Shown piece after piece: positions 50,850 to 59,525 of a stretch of DNA of 64,000 bases. Position 1 is the first letter of the stretch. Every line of letters begins with the position of its first letter. The notes below the pieces were generated by a model. The model did no database searches. It worked only from the letters and a program-made list of their open reading frames with translations, and was not told the origin of the DNA. The position numbers and the translations under genes were made by a program. The DNA is from Candidatus Poribacteria bacterium (lineage in GTDB: Bacteria; Poribacteria; WGA-4E; WGA-3G). Location: contig OZ243938.1 of assembly GCA_965214095.1 (NCBI GenBank), positions 2,944,001 to 3,008,000 of the forward strand, read 5' to 3'.

Positions 50850-51797
50850 TTGAAGAAAAGTTTGATAATGCTGCTTGTTCTTGGACTTGCAGTGCTAAGT
50901 ATTACTGGTTGTGAAAAGGAAATAGTAGATTCCATGATGGATGTTATGGATGCACCTACAAAGGATGATCCTGAGGCATATACTGTTGCATTAGTAGATG
51001 CTGCGATTGAACTATACAAATCTGAGGGTATAGAAGCAGTTGAAACATATCATAATGATCCTGCCAATATTGATGGACAATGGTATGTTTTCGTCACAGA
51101 TGAAAACGACCATTTTATCGCACATGCACAGAGTCCTGTCTTAGTAGGGACAGATCTTAAAGATGTACCAGGACTTGATGGATCAACACTTGGGGTTGAT
51201 ATAGCATCCGCTACAGAAACTGGATTGTGGATAGAGTATTTGTGGCCGAACCCTGATACCAACAAAATAGAGCAGAAACGCACATGGTCAATACGACACG
51301 ACGGGTACCTCTTTGCATCTGGTTATTATGAAGCGTGGAAACCGGATCCTGCTACACTTCCAGTTGTTTCAAAGGAAGATCCGGTTGCTTTCACACATGA
51401 TATCGTCCTGAAAGCAATTGCTCGTTATGAATTTGAAGGTAGGGACGCTGCAGCAGCCTATTACAATGACGCAGCAAGTATTGATGATCAGTGGTATGTG
51501 TTTATCACAGATGAAAACGACATTTTTGTCGCACATGCCCCCATGAATGAGCTTATAGGGACGGATCTCAAAGAAGTTAAATGGCTTGAAGAGGATGTTG
51601 AACGTCATGATGGATCTACTTTAGGGGTAAGTATTGCCAAGGCAACCGTAACAGGAACTTGGATTGATTATCTGTGGCCCAATCCGTCAACTGAAGGCAA
51701 TGAGCTGAAACGCACGTGGGCAATCAGACACGATGGATATCTCTTCGGTTCAGGATATTACGAACCGGTAGAATCAACTGAAACTGATAGCAATTAG
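50850..51797 (+). CDS. Lipoprotein with tandem single-Cache-like domains
   Basis: TTG start 50850 after AAGGAG (the promoter lies inside the longer ORF); ITGC lipobox; duplicated WYVF.TD...AH...W.YLWPNP...RHDGYLF.SGYY. Confidence 0.85.
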   Translation: MKKSLIMLLVLGLAVLSITGCEKEIVDSMMDVMDAPTKDDPEAYTVALVDAAIELYKSEGIEAVETYHNDPANIDGQWYVFVTDENDHFIAHAQSPVLVGTDLKDVPGLDGSTLGVDIASATETGLWIEYLWPNPDTNKIEQKRTWSIRHDGYLFASGYYEAWKPDPATLPVVSKEDPVAFTHDIVLKAIARYEFEGRDAAAAYYNDAASIDDQWYVFITDENDIFVAHAPMNELIGTDLKEVKWLEEDVERHDGSTLGVSIAKATVTGTWIDYLWPNPSTEGNELKRTWAIRHDGYLFGSGYYEPVESTETDSN

Positions 51798-51813
51798 AAT
51801 ACTTATGAAGTAA

Positions 51814-51925
51814 TACCATTTCTATAAATGTTTATCCCATTAACATTTGTTAAGAATGTCTTAAACGACGGCACAAACTGGCAGTTTGTGCTACAAAAAT
51901 GCGGTGTTTTCAATTAGAAATGGTA
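51814..51925. mobile_element. MITE family A, copy 4
   Basis: 112 bp; TAA repeats at 51811-13 and 51926-28. Confidence 0.9.
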
Positions 51926-51929
51926 TAAC

Positions 51930-51975
51930 AAAAATGCGTATGGTAAGGTGCTTTACCTCATCATACGCATTTTTT
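51930..51975. terminator. Bidirectional intrinsic terminator
   Basis: aaaaatgcgtatg...catacgcattttt hairpin with A and T tails between convergent genes. Confidence 0.7.
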
Positions 51976-51995
51976 ATGCATCCTGCACTTTACAG

Positions 51996-53069
51996 TTACT
52001 CGCTGTCGGATGCTTCGGGTGCTAATTCACTCAGTTTCTCAATAAGTTTATCAATCTTCGTCTCTAATTTTCCAATCCTCATCTGAAGTTTCTCAATCTC
52101 GGAATCATTGACCTTTTTTACGGACTTAGATGGGGTTAATGACATCACCTTTACATCACCTCCTATTATTCCAGTACTAATATGAGGTGTCGCACCCTTA
52201 ATGAGTTCCATTACCTTTTTCGCTAACTCATCAGATGCAAGGTCTTCGTCTTTTGCAAGTTTGCTTATATTCTCACCTAATTCCTTAAGCCCTTTCGCAT
52301 TCTTAAGCGTTTTTGTTGTTACATAAGGACCATATTGAAAAACCTTTACATTGTCTTTATCATGAATTACGGATGGACTAAACTTCATATCCTTTACAAG
52401 GTCCTGCACCTTCTCTATCAACTCACCAGACTCAAGGTTTTCATCGGAGGTAAGTTCCTTTATTTTGTCCACTAATTCCTTAATTCCTTTTGTGTCTTTC
52501 AAGATTCTTGTGGTTTCATTGGGACCAAATTTAAACACCGATACTATGTCCCCATTACGAGCTACGGCTTTGAAAATCTTCATGTCATCAACAAGATCCA
52601 TTATCTTCTTCGCAATCTCATCAGAATTAAGGTTTCCATCTTCTACAAGTTTTTGGATCTTCTCCTTTAATTCCTTAATTTCTTTGGATTCATCGGAAGA
52701 ATCTAATATTACCGTTGATTCTGATATTTCAACCTTTACACCTTCTATGTCCTTGAGACTATTAGAATGTTCTTTTAACTTCTTTAATAGTGCGTCAACA
52801 TCTATTTTTCTTTTGTTTAGGATTCCATCTGTGTTAAGTTCCTCAATCCCTTTGACTGCTTCGTTAACTTTATCTAAAACTTCTTTCAACTTATCTTCCG
52901 TTTCTACAGACACTGTTTCCGTTTCTACATTAACTTTAACATCTTTGGAGTCTTCTGTGGATTCGGAGTTCTTTTCAGCAGATTCAGCAGTTAAATGTGC
53001 AACAGGAAACGTAACCATTCCTAAAATAACCAAGGTCATGAGAATACGAACAAACTTTTGTAATTTCAT
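51996..53069 (-). CDS. Secreted hypothetical protein with three helical repeats and C-terminal coiled coil
   Basis: Signal peptide; KEL..KI..L..DENL.S.EL..KV.DLV repeated three times. Confidence 0.7.
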   Translation of the reverse strand: MKLQKFVRILMTLVILGMVTFPVAHLTAESAEKNSESTEDSKDVKVNVETETVSVETEDKLKEVLDKVNEAVKGIEELNTDGILNKRKIDVDALLKKLKEHSNSLKDIEGVKVEISESTVILDSSDESKEIKELKEKIQKLVEDGNLNSDEIAKKIMDLVDDMKIFKAVARNGDIVSVFKFGPNETTRILKDTKGIKELVDKIKELTSDENLESGELIEKVQDLVKDMKFSPSVIHDKDNVKVFQYGPYVTTKTLKNAKGLKELGENISKLAKDEDLASDELAKKVMELIKGATPHISTGIIGGDVKVMSLTPSKSVKKVNDSEIEKLQMRIGKLETKIDKLIEKLSELAPEASDSE

Positions 53070-53238
53070 TGATTTTCTCCATAAATAAGTATAGTTTTTT
53101 GTGTGATTAGATAAACACCCTGTAATCAGAATAGATTCCAGAATGATTGATTTCTTGGGGACTTACACTGTCTTATACACTTAAGACAAAAAATGGTTCC
53201 ATTAATTTAGAAGAATTACTTTCAACTATCACCATAAT

Positions 53239-53645
53239 TCAATTTGAGTACTCGGGATAAGCAACCAAAAAGTAAATATCTTCACCATTTGTTAATACTG
53301 AAGTTATGCCATAATCTTCAGCAAAACTCTGACCTAATGACTGCGCCTCCGATAAATCAGTAAACGCAAATGTAAAGAATGGAACGATAAAAACTTCACC
53401 GCCACAATTATCATCCTGCCACTTCAATATAGTTTTAACTACTAACTCTTTATCTTCTACACTATACACAAACTTTGGCACCCATGCCTCATTGCGAGAA
53501 CCATCATATAAGAAAAATTCACCACCCCGAAAAATCCGTCTATACCACTGTCAACCTCTTCCTCTGTAATGACTGGATCAACAATAACCTTTGTAGGCTC
53601 GCAACCAAATAACAATAATAGCAGGACTAAAGAGAAATATCTCAT
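53239..53645 (-). CDS. Small lipoprotein split by a single-base frameshift near 53527
   Basis: MRYFSLVLLLLLFGC lipobox; adding one base in tttttcgggg joins the frame GGEFFLYDGSRNEAWVPKFVY to the 53239-53481 ORF. Confidence 0.55.
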
Positions 53646-53668
53646 ATACAGCAAAAACTCCAATCTTA

Positions 53669-54003
53669 TATAGTAAAAACCATAATTATTTGAGGGGTGT
53701 GCATAAATATATTATGTGCCAACATTGGCAGCGTCTCTCATCAAGTATTTCTTTATATGTAATTGTCCCCTTTGTGGCAGTATAATCTATTGAGACGTTT
53801 TGATCTTGTGGACGGCACGCGGAGCGTGCCTACTACTTTTAAGACTATATTTGAGATTGCTTTTCTTTATGCACACCCCTCAATTATTTACACCCTGCGG
53901 TAGGTTGGTTTCCTAACCGAACCGGTGTTTGTTCTGTTTCATAGATGTGGTTCGGAAACCGCATCTACCGGGGAGTGTGCACGTGTTTTTACATTTCACT
54001 ATA
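53669..54003. mobile_element. MITE family B (with REPIN) interrupted by MITE family C
   Basis: Matches 22362-22499 on both sides of the insert. Confidence 0.85.
53692..53881. mobile_element. MITE family C (190 bp), 16-bp TIR, 8-bp target duplication
   Basis: gaggggtgtgcataaa/tttatgcacacccctc; AATTATTT at 53684-91 and 53882-89; internal REP ggcacgcggagcgtgcctac. Confidence 0.92.
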
Positions 54004-54144
54004 ATTCAAAAGTTTACTATAATCACAATCCAATTAGAAGGAGACATTTGAGCGATGTTCAACTCATATTCAAACGGTGCAACGATACACCAAAGGCAAA
54101 GCGAATAAACATTAGCATTCCAGATATCATAAGGTCTTATGATA

Positions 54145-57100
54145 CTATTTCAGTATCAGCATCTTGCGGGTAGCAGTAAAATCACCTGCGGTAAGTGTGT
54201 AAAAATACACACCACTTACTACTTTCTCACCGAACTCATTTTTACCATCCCAATACGCAGCACGGGAATGGGTTTGATAGATACCTGCAGCCTGATGTCC
54301 GAGAAACAACGTCCGCACCAATGTCCCATTCACAGCGTAGATATGTAGTGTGACCTCCGCATCCTTTGCTAACTGATACGGTATCCATGTTTCTGGGTTG
54401 AATGGATTGGGGAAGTTTGCTAAGAGGACGTTCTGTCGGCTGGCGGCGACAGATATTTGCGCAGTAAGTGCGGAACCATTATAGCCTGCGATAGCATCCG
54501 CACCGACGGTAAAGGTAAGTGTGCCATCACTTGTCATATCTCCATCAAAGTCCAGTTTCACAGTGATTTCGGTATCACTCTTCTTATCCGGGTCGTGCCA
54601 CGGGAATGTTACACCGGATATGCCTGAGACTGACACAGCATCTCTAATGTCAAGAATTGATCGCTCAAACTTTCTTCCACTGAGTGTCAGCGTAATCTCA
54701 GAGCCATCAAGTGTGGCCTCGGTCAATGTGGATGGCGAAGCAGTGACCGACTCATTGAATGCAGAGACTGCTATTTGCGCAGTCAACGCAGCCCCATCAT
54801 AATCCTTAATTGCATCTGCCCCCAAAGAGATGGTCAGGTTGCTGTCACTTGTCATATTCCCATCAAATTCCAGTTCAACAGTGACCTGCGTATCACTCAC
54901 CCGATCAACACCGAATGTGTCAACGGTAACACCAGAAATTCCGGTCAACGTTATCGCATCTCTGACTGTGAACTTGGAGCGCTCAAAAGTGCCACCACTG
55001 AGGTTAAGTGTGATGATACCCCCATGCAGTGCTGACTCTGTGAGTGGTGCTGCAGTTGATGTGGTTAGTGTTGGTGCTGTTTCTGGGTTTTCGGTAGGAT
55101 CAGGTATAACAGGCTGCTGGCTTGTATCATCACCGATTTCCTTTATTTCCCAAGACTTATTGCTGACAGACTCTGCCACGAAGTGGTAAGTCGTATTATT
55201 AACTGTTGCAGTGATTCGCATTGATCCGCCAATTGCGACTCGGTTAATCCACTGAAGCCACGACGGTAAATTTGGAATATTCCATTGTGAATGTCCATTG
55301 GCAAGCACAGAGAAAACAGCATCTGAGTCGGGATAGGTGCAACTCTCACCGGGGGCGAGGATGTCTCCAACCTTACAAACGTTTGAATCTGTTGGCGATT
55401 CATCAATGTCGGTAATATTTACAGTGACAGTGATTGTGTCAGTGAGGCTGCCATCGGAGACTGTGACTGTCACATTGTAGGACGATTTTGTTTCGTAGTC
55501 AAGAGCTGCCAGTGTTTGCAGCTGACCGTTTGTCGTATCAATTGCAAATGATGCAGCGTCTGTGCCACCAAGACTATAGATAAGGGTATCGTTATCGGCA
55601 TCAGTCGCAGAAACAGGAAGCCCGATGTTGGCACCCGGTGTGGTGTTTTCGGCAATTGTGCGTATAGTGGTTGTGCCATCCGTAAACACAGGTGCAATGT
55701 TCTTGGATGCACTAAAGATCGTCAACGGTAAATTGGTAGATTTGACAAGTGCGTAGCCTTTATGGTTTGCGGGTAGTCCAGGCAGCGTTCCAATATCCAC
55801 AGTAACATCAACAGCTATACCGAGAGTGAAATTCACGGTAAGTAGCTGGCTTTCCGTGTTACCGCTGGGAATAGTGACAGTGGTTGTACCACTACTGATC
55901 CAACCATTCAAGACGTCAATTGGCAGAACAGTTGTAAATGGTGCACCTGTAGGCGCGGTTGCTTTGAATTTATTTGTGTTAACCTTTTCCAGCGAGATGG
56001 TTAACGGTATCGGGTCCACACTGTTGTGTGTGTGAAGGAATTTTAATCCTGTCAACCCACGAAATAACCCTTCTGGTAGCATTGTAAGTTGATTATCATT
56101 CAAAAGCAGTTGGGTTAGTGATGATAAACCGGAGAACAGGTCTTTATGAAGGCTTGTCAGTTGGTTATGATCCAAGTAGAGAGACTCTAGTTTTGACAAT
56201 CCAGAAAACACGTCTTTATGTAGACTCGTAATTCTGTTGTTATGCAAAAAGATTTGTCTTAGCGATGGCAAACCGGAAAACAGGTCCTTAGGCAAACTTG
56301 TCAACCTGTTCGTGTGTAAATTAATCTGTGTTATTGTTGTTAAACCGGCGAACAAGTTTTCAGGTAAACTCGTCAGTTGATTTGTATTCAGATATAAATT
56401 TATCAGTGATGTCATCCCATCAAAATCACCCTCTTTGAGTGCCGATATGTTCTTTTTACTGAGATCAAGACTTGTAAGTGATGCAAGATGTGCGGCGGTT
56501 ACATGATTGGCACTATCTATACCGGGGAGTGCCGCGACAATAGCGTCCTGCACTTGCTGCGTGCGGTTGAGTATTGGCGATACCGTTACAGGGGGTGGTG
56601 CTATCGCTGTAGCAGTAAAAGTAATTGTCTGCGTGGTTCCCGTAATACTGACACGCACGGTATTTGTGCCTGTGGTATTACCGAGTGTCAATGTGCTTTG
56701 TGCTCTGCCCTTATCATTGGTTGTGGTGTTTGTCACACTCAGGGAACCACCGCCAGTTGTAACAGCGAACGTTACAGGAACTCCTTCAAACACGAGACGG
56801 CTTGCATCCTGTACTTCTACAACAAATGGGTGTGTAAGTGCTGTCCCCGTGTTACCCGATTGTGTATCGCCAGATATCTTCACAGGTGCTGATGGCACGC
56901 GGTTGTCAAAGTCTACATATACATTTTTCGCCTGCAGTGCGGGTATGTGCGTATAGATTGACGGATAACTTAATGGATTACCAGTAATATAGATCTCTGT
57001 ATTTGCGTCAAACCCCGTGTTTGACACTAACGGAGACAGGTCTGCAATTGCGTTATCATCCAGAGCAACTTCTAATAGATTGGTTAATCCTGTCAGGGAA

Positions 57101-59352
57101 GATATATCCGTGATGCTGTTATTTGAAAGGGTGAGTGTTATCAAATTATTGAGACTCGTTACGTCAGATATATCTAAAATATTGTTATCCTGGGCATCCA
57201 GCCATTGCAGAGCCGTGAGGTTCGCCACAGCAGAAATATCGGTTATCGTGTTATCACCGATACGAAGGTGGATAAGGTTTGTCAAGTTTGCTACATTGGA
57301 TATGTCGGTTATAGTATTTTCGTGTAGAGATAGATGTGTTAGTTTTGTTAATCCTGCTATTGGGGATATATCGGAGATGTTATTATTCCATAGATGTAGA
57401 TGTGTCAAATTAGTCGCTGCTTCAAGACCTGTTAAGTTGCTAATACTTGCATCTTGTGCGGTCAGCGAGGCAAGCGTTGCCATCTCCATAGCTGCTATTG
57501 GGTCTCCTGACGTTTTACCGAGAGCAGATTCAATTTTCGCACGTAGATTGGCATCGGGGATGTTGACACCTGCCCGCTGTGTAGCGGTGGCACTGATAAC
57601 TTCCAGTGGTAGATCGTTAGATTTCACCAGTGCATAGCCGTAATGGTTGCGCGGCAGGTTCGGTAATGTCCCAATATTGACGGTAACATTATCAGTTGTA
57701 CCTACAGTGCGCGTTACCCTGAGGATACCACTTTCCACACTACCATGCGGGATCATGAGTGTCGTTATCCCGCCGTTGATGCTACCGTTGGTAACGGTGA
57801 TAGGCAAAACATAATTAAACGTTGCGCCAGTCGGTGCCACCGCTTTGAACTGACCTTCTGCGACCTTTTCTAAGGAAACAAAGAGTGGAAGCGGGTCAAC
57901 TGCATTGCGACCAAGGCGGAGCGTCGTTAACGATGTTTTGCCTTCAAAGATGCCATCTGGTAAACTACTCAGTTGGTTTCTATAAAGATTGAGATTACTG
58001 AGCGATGTATTGTCGTCAAAAATACCTGCTGGCAACGATGTAAGTCGATTAAAATCAAGACGTAGTCTCTGTAGATTTGTGAGTCCATCAAAATCGTCGA
58101 CTTTCAGGGATGTGATGTTTTTGTTGTTTAGATTTAAGGTAGTAATGTTAGCAAGGTGTGCGGCAGTGATGTCAGAATATCCGGAAATGGTTGGATCTTC
58201 TGAACGGAGTAAGGAAAGTATAGTCGTACGCACCTGCAGCGTACGGTTGCTGATTAAGTCTTTGCTTTCTTCCGTTTCCTCTGAGATTTTCCATAGACGC
58301 ATTTTGTTGTCTGCACTGCCCGTAATGAGCATGGAACCTGTTTTATCAAACGCGATGCTTTTTACAGGTGACTTATGTCCAAGGGTAGCTAACACTGTTT
58401 TATTCTCTGGATCCCACAACCGTGCTACACCGTCCTCTGTGCCTGTTACGATCAATTTCCCACCCGGAATAAAGTCTACACTGTAAACAGAAGACTCGTT
58501 GTCAAGTGTTGCTATTTCTTGATTATTTTGCGTGTTCCATATACGGACGGTGCCGTCTTCACTTGCACTGGCAAGCATTGACCCATCGGTACTGAAAGCA
58601 AGACTCCAAATAGCCTCAGTATGTCCAACCAATGTTGTTTGGAGTGTTTGCGTTTGTGGATTCCAAAACCGGATACTATGGTCGTTGTCAGCGGAGGCGA
58701 GAATAGAACCATTCGGACTGAATTTGATGCTTCGCACGGTGTCGGTGTGTCCACCGAAACTACCTAAGTTTTGAAAAGTCTCTGGATTCCACAATTTCAC
58801 AAACCCATCTGCACCTGCCGAGGCGAGCATGGATCCATCCGGACTGAAGGACACACTGAGTACACTGTCCGTATGTCCGATGAGTTTCGTTTTCAGTTGT
58901 AATGTATTTGGGTCCCACAATTGAACTGTATTATCATCGCTTCCGCTGGCAATCATCAATCCATCTAAGCTGAAGACGATATTTGTGAGGTTAGATGTGT
59001 ATGTGAACGAGTTTAGAGTTTGATGTGTTAATGCGTCCCATAGATGAATATGACTTGAAACAATTACACCAAATAACCCACCATCGTGATAGGCAGGAGT
59101 GATATTTGTGAGACTCCCCGTGTCCCAAAACACGGTGCCAACAATCCGAATAGAGAGATTTGCGACACCTTCAGCAATTTTGACGACACCCTCAGCAATA
59201 TCAACAACAAGATCTATGAATGCAGTAAAGATACCTATTATATTATCAAGGAAACCGCCGTGGCTTGGACTTTGAATAATACAAATTAAGAAAATTGTGA
59301 GTAGTATCAACGATATAATTTTTTTATTGACTAACATATTATTCATTGTCAT
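54145..59352 (-). CDS. Giant secreted WD40-LRR-Big-cadherin protein with FlgD/T9SS-like C-terminal domain
   Basis: Start ATG 59352 after GGAG; WD40 blades; eukaryote-like LRRs (LTSLP.GIF) and internalin-like LRRs; cadherin (DADND, LDYETK); NFPNPFNPETWIPY C-terminus. Confidence 0.88.
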   Translation of the reverse strand: MTMNNMLVNKKIISLILLTIFLICIIQSPSHGGFLDNIIGIFTAFIDLVVDIAEGVVKIAEGVANLSIRIVGTVFWDTGSLTNITPAYHDGGLFGVIVSSHIHLWDALTHQTLNSFTYTSNLTNIVFSLDGLMIASGSDDNTVQLWDPNTLQLKTKLIGHTDSVLSVSFSPDGSMLASAGADGFVKLWNPETFQNLGSFGGHTDTVRSIKFSPNGSILASADNDHSIRFWNPQTQTLQTTLVGHTEAIWSLAFSTDGSMLASASEDGTVRIWNTQNNQEIATLDNESSVYSVDFIPGGKLIVTGTEDGVARLWDPENKTVLATLGHKSPVKSIAFDKTGSMLITGSADNKMRLWKISEETEESKDLISNRTLQVRTTILSLLRSEDPTISGYSDITAAHLANITTLNLNNKNITSLKVDDFDGLTNLQRLRLDFNRLTSLPAGIFDDNTSLSNLNLYRNQLSSLPDGIFEGKTSLTTLRLGRNAVDPLPLFVSLEKVAEGQFKAVAPTGATFNYVLPITVTNGSINGGITTLMIPHGSVESGILRVTRTVGTTDNVTVNIGTLPNLPRNHYGYALVKSNDLPLEVISATATQRAGVNIPDANLRAKIESALGKTSGDPIAAMEMATLASLTAQDASISNLTGLEAATNLTHLHLWNNNISDISPIAGLTKLTHLSLHENTITDISNVANLTNLIHLRIGDNTITDISAVANLTALQWLDAQDNNILDISDVTSLNNLITLTLSNNSITDISSLTGLTNLLEVALDDNAIADLSPLVSNTGFDANTEIYITGNPLSYPSIYTHIPALQAKNVYVDFDNRVPSAPVKISGDTQSGNTGTALTHPFVVEVQDASRLVFEGVPVTFAVTTGGGSLSVTNTTTNDKGRAQSTLTLGNTTGTNTVRVSITGTTQTITFTATAIAPPPVTVSPILNRTQQVQDAIVAALPGIDSANHVTAAHLASLTSLDLSKKNISALKEGDFDGMTSLINLYLNTNQLTSLPENLFAGLTTITQINLHTNRLTSLPKDLFSGLPSLRQIFLHNNRITSLHKDVFSGLSKLESLYLDHNQLTSLHKDLFSGLSSLTQLLLNDNQLTMLPEGLFRGLTGLKFLHTHNSVDPIPLTISLEKVNTNKFKATAPTGAPFTTVLPIDVLNGWISSGTTTVTIPSGNTESQLLTVNFTLGIAVDVTVDIGTLPGLPANHKGYALVKSTNLPLTIFSASKNIAPVFTDGTTTIRTIAENTTPGANIGLPVSATDADNDTLIYSLGGTDAASFAIDTTNGQLQTLAALDYETKSSYNVTVTVSDGSLTDTITVTVNITDIDESPTDSNVCKVGDILAPGESCTYPDSDAVFSVLANGHSQWNIPNLPSWLQWINRVAIGGSMRITATVNNTTYHFVAESVSNKSWEIKEIGDDTSQQPVIPDPTENPETAPTLTTSTAAPLTESALHGGIITLNLSGGTFERSKFTVRDAITLTGISGVTVDTFGVDRVSDTQVTVELEFDGNMTSDSNLTISLGADAIKDYDGAALTAQIAVSAFNESVTASPSTLTEATLDGSEITLTLSGRKFERSILDIRDAVSVSGISGVTFPWHDPDKKSDTEITVKLDFDGDMTSDGTLTFTVGADAIAGYNGSALTAQISVAASRQNVLLANFPNPFNPETWIPYQLAKDAEVTLHIYAVNGTLVRTLFLGHQAAGIYQTHSRAAYWDGKNEFGEKVVSGVYFYTLTAGDFTATRKMLILK

Positions 59353-59525
59353 AACTCCATAATTTCTTTGTGTTTGGAGGTCAGGTAAAGTTTCGCAAAA
59401 CACCCAATTACAAACCGCTATCTCCTTATCAACACCTTGCATGTTCTTGGTGTAATCCGAGACTCAGACTTAAGAATTTATTCCCTGCCGTAGGTTGTGT
59501 AGAGTCTTAGCGAACTCAACTCGAC

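Noticed and set aside
33310-51925. Repeated 112-bp sequence as a CRISPR repeat or ncRNA family
   Set aside because: Copies are dispersed with no spacers or cas genes; TIRs and target duplications indicate a MITE
53925-54173. Small ORFs over repeat regions (also 18201, 20201, 34578, 51886)
   Set aside because: Lie within MITE/REP sequences and have no protein-like features
59353-59442. N-terminal extension of the 1765-aa ORF
   Set aside because: GGAG RBS and signal peptide fit ATG 59352
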